A stretch of 64,000 bases of DNA from Basidiobolus meristosporus CBS 931.73 (taxonomy: Eukaryota > Fungi > Basidiobolomycota): the NCBI GenBank assembly GCA_002104905.1, contig MCFE01000002.1, positions 124,001 through 188,000 on the forward strand. The letters run 5' to 3'. Under the pieces are notes generated by a model. That model was not told where the DNA came from. It searched no databases and saw only the letters and a program-made list of their open reading frames with translations. Shown here piece by piece: positions 52,483-63,215 of the stretch (position 1 is the first letter of the stretch; each line of letters begins with the position of its first letter). A program made the translations under genes and the position numbers.

Positions 52483-55274
52483 CAGGGAATGACTGGAATA
52501 TATCTGGAGTGTGAACAATGTTTTCCCTCAATGGTGGTGGATTTCTGACAATTAGGACATGTTGCATTGGTAGCATTTTTGGATGTAAATGCCATGCAAC
52601 TGTTAACACATGCTGGAATCAGGACAATATATGTGTCATATGTTGCCAACTGCAGAAAAGTTGTCTGCTTGTACTATGTACATGGTAGGTTGCATCCCAG
52701 AATGATTTTGGCAAGAAGTAGTTATAAGTCCTCAAGCTTCCATTACTGATGTTAGTGGAAATGCACCACTTCTCTAGCCACAACAATACATCATTCACCA
52801 GTAGATGGAATACTTGGCTTCATAGAGTATTCTTTGCACTTGTTTCAATGGGTGTTGTCTCAATGCATATTGGAATTTGACCAGGCTCATATGTGGTACC
52901 ATTGTCAGTGGAGATAGGCTCACAATTCATCAGTGAACCTTCCTTGTCAGAGCTATCACTCTGCATGCCATATTCAGAAGGTGGAGGTGATCCTAAAGGC
53001 ATCACAAACTCACTTGACTCAGTTGGCGTAACATGACAAAGATGGCCAGGTGCCAATATAGAAGTATCAACTGGCCGGCAAGATAATGTTGGTACAGCAA
53101 TGACCAATGAATGGTCAAATATAACTTGTGTGGCAAAACACCGGCCGTGATCCTTGTAATACTTCCTAGGCTGTTGGTTTGCTCCATGGCTGAGCAGCTT
53201 GCTACAATAGCTACCTGGTCTTTTTCTCTTCCCACATGGCATTGATTCATAGTAGACTTGTCCATGGGGTAAACAGTGCTGAACTTCCACAATGTAAAGC
53301 TATTGTATCACTTTTTGGTCAATATTCATGTGAATATGAGACAGTCTTGTATTTGAGACATTGCGCCTACATAAATGTAAGATTCAATGATGACCAGCCT
53401 TAGTAAGCATTATAAATGTAGTTGTGGCACCATATACACATGTATATGTAACACTATTTCCTCTTTGGTTTGACTCACTACTATATATATGCCACCAAAA
53501 AATAAAGCAAAGTTGTTTGGTTCCCAACCAAACCCCACTGCTGATGGTAACAGAAGAATGGTTGGACAACAGCTTGTATTGACATACATTGCAACAAGCA
53601 GGGCTACATCCAAAAAAGGCCATGTTGACAGTTGCCCACTGAAGGTAATAGTGCAAACTCCTCTGGCCCTCAGTCAAATAGGCAATTGAGAACCTCTGCA
53701 AAGCTACAAGCTGACCATTATGCTCAAGCAAATGTGAATATAGCAAATGCAGTACCCTCAGTTGAAGACCAGTAAGTGTCCGTCATAATATCACCACTAC
53801 CCATATTAGCAAGAATGTTGTCAGCTCATACTAAATCATTGATGAAGCAATTAGGTGCAGTGGCTGATAGGATAGATGCAAAGACCCAGAGAAATCAGGA
53901 AATAGTCCAGAAACAGGATGAGCAGATAATACATGTAGAGCAATCAGTATCCCAGGTAGAGAAAGCAGTATCTTTGCTGCAAAGAAGGAACTTAAATAGC
54001 TGAATGTCACAGCCAAGAATTGAGCCATTGCCCAATGTAACAGCAGAGGAACTCAGTACAGGCTTTGAAGCACAACAAGAGTGCCCAAAGATAAAGCCCA
54101 CAGAAGAACCTATCACTGCATGGGAGGGACACAATGTGGTGTTAATACCAAAGCCTAAAAAACAAAAGACATTGAAGATCTGTGAAGCCACTGAGTTCAA
54201 TAATGAAGAGTGGGCAAATATTCAAGAGGCCATCTGGACATTGTAGGAATAATTATCCAGAAAGTTTGTCACCAATGTCAGCTTAACACACCTACAGCTT
54301 TTGTGCCAAGAGTCTGTGATGGGATATGAGCAGCTATACTACAAAAATAAAGCTGAACACATAGATCTCTGCTGCTTCTGTATCCATTCTCTACTCCATC
54401 TTGCTTGTAGTGTTGGGTATATTGGACCTTGCTTCACCTTTTGGGTGTTTCCAATGAAATAGATGTGTGGGGAGATAGGAAAACAAGTCAAGTTGCATAT
54501 ACTACCATTTCCCAATCTCATCAAGAATATTATCCTCAAGTCCATCATATATGTGATGAATTGCACATGGAGGACAGCTAGGAAGAGTTGGAAAATACTG
54601 AAGACAGATCTGCATAAGAAGACACCTATGCCTATGGCATTTAGAAGCTAAGCAGCCCCAATGCATGGGTAATCAGTTAAGTAATGTAAAGTTGGGTGGG
54701 GTGCAATAAGCAACTAATTGTTATTACAAAAGCTCTAGGTATGCCAGACTTCTCTTGGTCACAAGCCAGTTTCTACACCATTCAATACAGAACTCACTCA
54801 AACAATAGCCAGAATGCATCTATTTGGGGACTAGAATCCGGCAGGGAGAAGGAATATATTGGCTGAATATCAATAAGTTTTTTGCACATATTTGGGAGGT
54901 ATTCATGGCACAAGTGGTGGCAACCAAGCGTATGTTTGCAAGATGTATATGCTACCAGCTATACAAGGTCAAGTTTTTTAGTTATGTAACACATTTGGAT
55001 ATACTAGCCAGTTAGATCCACTCAAATAGCTATAAAGTGCACTAAGACCACAACAATGCCATGCCACCACTTGACAAAACACTGTACAAACACTGCTGTA
55101 TTTTATAAACTTACTTTGACTATAAAATTAGCAAAATGCTGTTGTGATCCCATCACTAGATTGTATAGATGGTCATTAATTCCAATCTGCTAGTATTATA
55201 GCAGTCTCCTGATAGCATCTTGACAGCTGATCCTGATTGGATCCACCCATGGGACCATATTATCTTTCATTGGG
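52483..55274. mobile_element. Composite CACTA remnant: transposase N-terminus (minus), ORF2 start (plus), transposase C-terminus (plus), transposase-side TIR
   Basis: Collinear with other copies in pieces. Reverse complement of the end reads CCCAATGAAAGATAATATGGTCCCATGGGTGGATCC. Confidence 0.78.
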
Positions 55275-56032
55275 AATTGCAAAGGAGCAACTTCATGGAA
55301 TTCATGAAAGCAACCAACTGTAGCACTTTTACCACAGAGGCAGAGTATATGGCAGCCTGTGAAGCTACAAAAGAAGTAATGTGGTTAAGCAAGCTTTTAT
55401 AAAGATTTAGGCTTATATCAAAAAGTGCCAATTACTTTATTTCAAGATATTCAAGGATGTATACAATTAGATAGAAATCCCGCTTTTCATGCTAGAACTA
55501 AGCACATTGACATTACACATCACTTCATACATAAAGCTGTAGAGAGTAACTTAGCTAACTTAGCTTACTGTCCTACAGATGAAATGATTGTAGTCATATT
55601 CACCAAACCATAAGCTAGTGACAAGTTCAAATATCTGAAGTCAAGATTAGGACTAGTCAGTGTGAGCATTTAGTTTAGCAGGGATGTTGTAAAGATTTTT
55701 AAATCCACCTGAATATTTGCCTAACTTAGTCACTTAGATCATTACCTCCAAATCTTAGTGAATACTGATCAAAATCCTTGTTGGGATTTACTTAGATTAT
55801 TTTCACCAAAATATCAGATATCCCAAACATGAAAATTCTCAAAGTTGTTCAAACAGCCCCAAACTTTGCAAACATGTTCTTGGGACCTTTCTAAACCTAC
55901 TATATGCGCTTGTTATGCCAAGCCCATGTAAAAGTATAAATATTATTTTTGCATTTAATAAATCATTAAGTAAAAACCAATAATCTGCTTGTTCTCCCAG
56001 TCACTTTTAATATATCCCATACTCTTTCAACA
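55275..56032 (+). mobile_element. 3' end of a Ty1/copia element (RNase H, PPT, 3' LTR 55685-56032)
   Basis: GATSWNS*KQPTVALFTTEAEYMA and ARTKHIDITHHFI...YCPTDEM...FTKP motifs, followed by a TGTTG...CAACA LTR. Confidence 0.9.
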
Positions 56033-56594
56033 TCTACTATAGTCTGTGGCTCATCAATATGAACTGAATAGGCATAGGCTAAGTGTGTACCCTCACTGAT
56101 GCAGTAATCTGGGACAATCTTGATACTGGAATGATCACTTCAGGGATATTTGTTGGCTCTGATTCAGGCTGAACCACACTAGTAGAATTCTCCGGATTTA
56201 AAAAGTTTGTATTGTTTTGCTCTGCCTCAATCCTGGCTATTGGCGGACTTGATATCAGATTTTAATCCTCACCTAATGTCATTTTTGTGAAAATTTTCAA
56301 TATTTATCAAGCAACAAATCCCTAACTTGCTCAGCTTCTTTTGTTTGGTATTGTAGAGTCTGCATTCTTACTCTTATTGCAGTAGCCCAACAATAGACTT
56401 GTTCCATTGTACCATGCCAGGGTGCGCAGCGTGATCCGCGGTTGTAAAAAACAATTGGGCGCAATATTATAGCTACCAGAAGGCAGGATTGTTCTTGGAC
56501 AATTTTGCGCTATGCAGGACAATCTTGCACACTATGGCACAATCTGACACAATGAGGTTGGTGTGGATGATCACACCAACTCGTAATGTTTGCA

Positions 56595-56897
56595 TCATGT
56601 GTGCAATTGGATACCACTATTATGGCAGGTAAAATCCGGTATTTGGATATGTTTCTTTAATGTAAATGGAAATAAACGTGTATCACACTATAAACTACAG
56701 AGATACTTACCATTTTGGTTACCCTCACTCCAATTGGACAGTATCTCAGTGGTTAATTGGTCCAAAAGTATCCTGAAGCTGGCAGCCCCCAATTGGCTCA
56801 TTGACTACTGAAAAAGCTACCTGATTTGCCATCAAATATCCCATTTTGACCATTGAGCAAGTAAATCCCTGATCCTAGTAATTGGACAAGGTGTCAT
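56595..56897 (-). pseudogene. Possible small third gene of the PHIS element
   Basis: TATA-like TATAAATA upstream, ATG at 56897, a 187-nt exon ending at a GTAAGT donor, and codon-wise conservation with the copy at ~63.5-63.7 kb. Contains in-frame TGA/TAG codons. Confidence 0.35.
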
Positions 56898-57135
56898 AGC
56901 TAGCACGCAAGCAATTGTGTAGGTGCAAAACAGATCCAATAGCTGCACTGGTATTACAGATGACGTATATATATGCAAGGTGTTTATTTATAGGGGTTCT
57001 GTCTCAAACATGAGACAACCTTGATATTACTTATATGAAAAATTTAATGATCACTGATTTGTGAAGGCTCAATTTGGATTGCAAAAAAAGGGTTGTTGGG
57101 ATCATTACAAATGTGAGCAATTCAAAGCAATTGCA

Positions 57136-58303
57136 TCATCTTCTCCTGGGTTTTTTTCTCACAGGGATTACTACTGAAGCATTTGGTAGTGACTCACTTT
57201 GCACACCTATGCTACTTCCTGGCTGACTATCATCTTGGCTACTTGTGTATTTGTAGTCAGTATTTTGACTCCTAGTTGATGAGTGCAATGCTGCAGCTTG
57301 GCTGCGCTGAATTGCTCCAACTGAACCAACTGAGCCGGCCTGTAGTGCCATGTGCTGACGCATTCTTTTACTTGCCAAGGGCTCCAGTGGTTGAGCACTT
57401 CATGCTGGTCATCATCAGTCAGTTCACCAGAAGTAACTTGCTGATGGCCAGGCAAAACAGCACGCGCAGTGCGCCTTGACGCGTTGAGATGGCCCTTGGC
57501 TGAGTTCAATGTGATGCTGCATGTTGACACAACTTGGTCCGCTCCAATGTACTTGTGTCTACATGAGCAGTTTGGCAAGTTCTGGTAGTTCTGCTCTGAA
57601 AGCGCACACGTTGACCTGATGCACGTTGACTTGATGCGTGTTGACTCAATGCGGGGCGTTCTGGTAAAGGGTGTTGGCGTGGTCTGGACTGACATGCAGC
57701 AGTGCGCTCTGGTTGCAAGAGAAGGTAGGGAATCCAGCAAGGCATGCTGGCGCGATCTGGATGATGTTGCTTGCGGTCTGTATTCTTCCTCCTGAAGCTC
57801 ACCATTGGATTCCTCAAGGTATTCACTTACACTCTGTCTGATACTTTGGAGCTGTTGCCTGGATGAGTCCTGTGTATATTGCTCTCAGAAGCCACTTAGC
57901 TCTACTATTATATCACGTAGTACATTAGTCATTTGAGGTAAAAACTCATTTGAAATCTCTTTGGTTCCCAAAGTTGAGGCACAAACAGACGCATCCAGCC
58001 CGTACTGTGCAAATTGCACGCAAAATTGTTCCTGCATGGCTTCTTTGTCAAATCCCCTCACTCTCAGCTCATTTTTGATTTCAATACTTGTCTTGTTATA
58101 TATCTTTTACATACATTGGCTGGCATCTTGATGTAGAACTCATGCCACAGCTTTCTACTCAAATTCTTCCATCTTTGTTGACTCTCTAAGGTATCTAGTT
58201 CTGCTAGATTAATCAGTAGTGCCCAAATATCTGTATGAAGGCTCATCATAGACACTTGGGCCATACTAAAGTTATTTGTCAAGAACTTGAACTAATCTAA
58301 CAT
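57136..58303 (-). pseudogene. PHIS accessory gene, divergent from the transposase, degenerate
   Basis: Conserved with 23019-23619. The segment ELRVRGFDK-A-EQFC-QFAQY loosely resembles a Myb/SANT/trihelix helix 2-3. Low-complexity C-terminus ends in basic RKKPRRR. Confidence 0.6.
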
Positions 58304-58755
58304 TGACTTTTCCGGTTCGGACCATGCTTGTGAGCTGGGGGATGGGTTTTGTCTGGGTTGTACTAAAGATGAGTTGAGGCTTGGTATAGGGACCATAGCA
58401 ACGGATTTGGATACTTAAACAACAGTATATTGGCATTAACCTGGTCTTATATTAAATATATATGAAAACTAATGTGATTGTTGAATTTTCCATATATTAT
58501 GCATCATGCATCTTGGATTGTGTTGATGCGGATCAGATCAAATCAATCGCAGATTTCCTATTTGATTATAGACCTATGATTAAAGCATCACTAAAAGTAC
58601 CAAGGCATTGTTTGCGGATGATTTTTGCGACATAATGATGGGATACATGGCAATTGATGGAGATTTAACCATAATGTATTAAAAATCAGATAAATAACGC
58701 AGATTGTGCCAAATCAAATCAAACCGCCTCAATACAATCATCCATCAATTTTAAT

Positions 58756-59640
58756 ATGACTTACTCATCTGAATGGCCTTTTCTCATCAATCCCATCACT
58801 ACCACTGGATTTCCTTTTGACACACTAGAGGAGATCTATTCCAAGTACTGTGGACCATCAACCCCAATCTACTCAAGGAGATCCCTTGTTAAGCTTCTCT
58901 GCTATTACAAGAACTATTGCCCTACAAGGTTTCATCCCACCATTCATGGCAACAAAAGTCCTAGAAGCTTTCATTTGCAGCTGACAGCAATGGAGAACCA
59001 CCTTGTAGAGGGTATGAATGACTTAGAGCAAGCTTGGAATACTTGGTCCAGAAGCTCCAATAGACTTCCATATCCCAGAGTGTTCAGCAACAGGTTGCAT
59101 ATCAAGAGTATTTTGGATACCTTCCCAGTGAGGATTAACAGACCTTCTAGAGGGCAGAGGCACTTTTATTCTGGCAAGTACAAGGCACACTGTGTGAAGT
59201 TTCAAGCACTGTCTGACATTGAGGGTAACATCATCTGGTTTAGTGGGCCATTTGCTGGAAGTAGGCATGACAAAGCACTCTGGGTAGAGAATCATCCTGA
59301 ATTCAGTAGAGGGGAGAAATGTATGGCAGACTTAGCCTATATAGGAGAGGATTGTCAGAGATTAGGATGTATCACAGCTTATAGGAAGCCAAGGAATGGT
59401 GTGCTTAGCAGGAAGCAGAAGCTCTACAATGAGATATTTAATCATTTCAGAGTAAGGGTAGAGCACACATTTGGATATCTGAAGAGATTCAGCATATTGG
59501 CAGGTAAATACAGAGGAAAGTCATATATAGGAGAAAACAGCAGAATAGGTAAAATAGTTAAGATACTTATTAATGCACAGTATATTCATACAAGAAGACA
59601 TCCACTGAGAGAAATATGTCTGGAGCATTATGAAGAGTAA
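58756..59640 (+). CDS. Uninterrupted 294-aa DDE_Tnp_4 (IS5/PIF/Harbinger-like) transposase
   Basis: ILDTFPV (D1), YSGKYKAHCVKFQ, GPFAGSRHD, MADLAY (D2) and RVRVEHTFGYLKRFSIL (E). Confidence 0.92.
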   Translation: MTYSSEWPFLINPITTTGFPFDTLEEIYSKYCGPSTPIYSRRSLVKLLCYYKNYCPTRFHPTIHGNKSPRSFHLQLTAMENHLVEGMNDLEQAWNTWSRSSNRLPYPRVFSNRLHIKSILDTFPVRINRPSRGQRHFYSGKYKAHCVKFQALSDIEGNIIWFSGPFAGSRHDKALWVENHPEFSRGEKCMADLAYIGEDCQRLGCITAYRKPRNGVLSRKQKLYNEIFNHFRVRVEHTFGYLKRFSILAGKYRGKSYIGENSRIGKIVKILINAQYIHTRRHPLREICLEHYEE

Positions 59641-60352
59641 ATAAAGCAAGGAAAGCACTATTCTGAGCAACATAAGTAAGATTGAGTAAAATTACCAGTA
59701 ACTGTATCATACCACTGGCATCATGGTAGATATTATAGTGCCAGATAGTGCTGTAGAGTGCCAGATCAGTCTGGCACCATAAACAGGCTGGCACTATGTG
59801 GCACTATCCGACAGAACAGGTCTAATGTGCATTTTACACTTTTTGGCTCAAATTTTGACAGATTTCCAGGCAGTCTCTTTGCATATGCTGTACACCCAAA
59901 TATCCTTATATGTTCTGCACTTGATCTGTATCCATACCATTTTTCAAATGGAGTAGAGTCACAAAGTACTATGTTTATAACTCCTATTCTTAAGGTATAT
60001 AGCTGTGGCAACTGATTCCACCCAAAAATCATAGAATAGTTTTTCATCAGGCATCATTGATTATGACACATCAATTATTGATCTGTTTGCACATTCTGGT
60101 TAATACATTTTGCTGTGGGGAGTATGGTACAGTAGTCTCTGGCTTTATCCAATGAACTTGCAGAAGTGGATGAAGAGCATTGAGGTGTGTTGTCCACCAT
60201 TGTCAGAGTGTATTTTTGTGATTTTTTCACCAGCTTCTCTCTCCACCATTGCATTAAACTCCATGGACTTAGACAGAGTTTCTTTCTTTCTCTCCATGAA
60301 GTAGACCTACTTATATTTAGTATAATTATCAATAAAGTGATGAAATACTTAG

Positions 60353-63215
60353 CCCTATGAGAAATTATAGTAATGATCCCTTCAAAGGGTTGTCACAAAG
60401 CTAAAGTCCCATGACTAGGAGGTACTGATACTGTCAGGACACTGTCCAGAGACTGTTGAAAAATAACTAAACCCCAGATTTTACAAAAAACTTGGTCAAA
60501 ATTTTTCATCACAACAATGTATAAGTAACATTTGATTGGTTCTCTGCCAATTTGGTCACTTTCTGATCCTGGACACTCTATCACCTCCTACACTTGTGTG
60601 CATTGATTGGCTATTGCCTCTTTTTCACACTTCTTACTTCCCAACTGAACCATTTCTCTTACTTCTCATGCATTCAAATTGATTTATTACCACTGAAACT
60701 TCAGTTGTACCATAATTTCCAACTGTATTGATCTATGCAAGTCCCTATACCCTACACTAACATTAAGCCCAACCCCACTCTCAGCAACTAACTTCACTAA
60801 AATCCACCACTTGATAAGTATCTCTGCTGCAACACTCTGGTCCCACAACTTTAGCAGGAACCCAATGTCTTTATTCCACTGTTCATTCACTGGTTCCCAC
60901 ACATCCTGGTCTTCAGCTGGCACTGCAAGGTCAAGCACCTCATCTGCCAGTCTTTGCAATAAATCCTTGCAATATTCAAATGTATTTTCTTGGGTACTGC
61001 TTGTGAAGAAGTGCTTCAACCTCTAGGTGTACCTATTAATGTTCCAAAAATCCCCTGAAGGCATTGTTATAGTCTTTCAAGCTCTTGATGTTGTAGCCTT
61101 GTCTGTTAGCGGGATCTCCACTCTGTCAACAATGAAGGATGTGGAGGTTGTGGTAAACAAATTGCCTTTTTCTGCAAGCTCATCCACCTTGCTGGAGTGT
61201 AGCTCAACTGGCTGAGCTTCCAACTCTTGTGAAAACAGCTATTTTCTTGTTGGTAATTCTTCTTGGCTGTGATGGGATTCAGTCTGTTCCTGGCTTGCGG
61301 CATTAATTGACAAGAGCTGCAGTGTTTTCTGCATGCCTTGCTGACTCAGGCTTGGGTAGACATTTTTCCCTTTACCTTTTCCTTTATCACTGCCAGGTCT
61401 TTCACTGCTACTTTGTTTGCAAGCTTCTTGTAATGAACTACATTTTCTCCTTGATAAATTCTGCTCTGACGCATCTGTTTTAGCCTGCTTTTCCCTTGCA
61501 ACACTCTTCTGGCAACCTGAAGTTTCTTTTCTGCTTGTTTCAAGCTCTCAACTGTAGCTGTATTGGGCTCCTGTAAAAGTTGCTGGTTTTTGTCACTGCT
61601 AGGTCCTTCACTGCTACTTTTACTAAGTGCTTCTTGAGTAGGACTACACTTTTTCCTTGATAAATGTTGTGCTGGTGCATCCATGTCTGCCTGCTTGTCC
61701 CTAATTGGCATTCTTTCAGCTACCTGATATCTCTTTGATGCTTGTCTGGAGCTTTTGTCCCTGCTTGTAATGGGCTCTTGAGGAAGCCACTGGTCTTTAG
61801 CCATCGAGCCCTTGTTCTTCTGCCATTGATAGTTTCTGTTACTCTTATGATACTTTTTTAGCATACCAGCACTGGCGCAAAGTCTATTTGTCTGTTTGAA
61901 TCCAGGATAATGCTGATGGAATAAGTCAAGTGTATTCTGCTTGGCCATGAGTTCCTGATAGTCCCATAGTATGCCAGCCTTAAGGTGATGGCATGCTAGA
62001 CTTCTGTTGACCTCTTGGCTATTTGCCCACCCTTCATTATTGAACTCAGTGGCTTCACAGATCTTCAATGTCTTTTGATTTTTAGGCTTTGGTATAAACA
62101 CCACATTGTGTCCCTCCCATGCAGTGATAGGTTCTTCTGTGGGCTTATATTTTGGCACTGTTGTTGTGCTTCAAAGACCGTACTGAGTTCCTCTGCTGCT
62201 ACATTGGGCAGTGGCTCAATTCTTGGCTGTGACATTGAGCTATTTGAGTTCCTTCCTTGCAGCAAAGGTACTGCTTTCTCTACCTGGGATACTGATTGCT
62301 CTACATGTATTATCTGCTCATCCTGTTTCTGGACTATTTCCTGATTTCTCTGGCACATTGCATCTATCCTATCAGCCACTGCACCTAATTGCTTCATTGA
62401 TGCTTTGGTATGAGCTGACAACATACTTGCTAATATAGGTGGTGGTGATATTATGACAGACACTTGCTGGTCTTCAACTGAGCATACTGAGTTTGCTGCA
62501 TTCTCATCTGCCTGGCATAACAGTCAGCTTGTGGCTCTACAGAGGTTCTCAATTGCCTACTTGACTGAGAGCCTGAGGAGTCTGCATTATTACATTCAGT
62601 GGTAAACTGTCAACATGTCCTTTTTTGGATGTAGCCCTGCTTGTTGCACTGAATGTCAAAGCAAGCTGTTGTTAAACCATTCTTCTGTTGCCATCCGTGG
62701 TGGGGTTTGGTTGAGAACCAGACAACTTTGCTCTATTTTCTGGCAGCATGTATATGGAAGTAAGTCCACCAAAGGGGAAATAGTGTAATACATATGTGTG
62801 TATGTGGTGCCACAACTTTATTTATAATGCTTACTATGGCAGGTCATCATTGAATCTTATATTCATGAGGTGCAATGCCTCAAATACAAGACTGTCTTAA
62901 GTTCACATGAGTATGGACCAAAAAGTGATATAATAGTATTATGTTGTTGAAGGCCAAACTGTTTGCCCTATGGACAAGACTACTTTGATGCAATGCTGCA
63001 AGAGAAGAGAAAAAAGACCATGTGACTATTGTAGCAAGCTGCTCAACCATGAAGCATGCAGACAGCATAGGAAGTATTACAAGCATCATGGCCAGTGTTT
63101 TGCCACACAAGTCATATTTGACCATTCATAGGTCACTACTATAACAACATTATCTTGCCATCCAGTTGATACTTCTATATTGGCACCTGGCTGTCTTTGT
63201 CACCTTGCATAAACA
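60353..63215. mobile_element. CACTA fragment: ORF2-side TIR, near-complete ORF2 (minus), divergent transposase N-terminus (plus)
   Basis: Starts CCCTATGAGAAATTATAGTAATGATCCC. Best-preserved ORF2 at about 60360-62750. Confidence 0.8.

Larger units (their letters stand above)
56395..59823. mobile_element. Complete 3,429-bp PHIS DNA transposon with AAT target-site duplication
   Basis: Imperfect 15-bp TIRs AGACTTGTTCCATTG / AGACCTGTTCTGTCG. AAT at 56392-56394 and 59824-59826. Host reading frame restored on removal. Confidence 0.93.
56033..60352 (-). mobile_element. Ty1/copia integrase remnant split by the PHIS element (59824-60352 and 56033-56394)
   Basis: KIHSDNGG, TPFEKWYG...IRIFGCTAY and KFEPKSVKC|TLLGYC, which reads through once the insert and one TSD are removed. 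Confidence 0.88.

Noticed and set aside
16020-56032. The copia 5' half (16020-17893) and 3' end (55275-56032) as one element expanded by 37 kb of nested insertions
   Set aside because: The LTRs are only roughly 75% alike by eye, the flanks GCTTC/TCTAC are not a TSD, and integrase and RT are missing between the two cut points.
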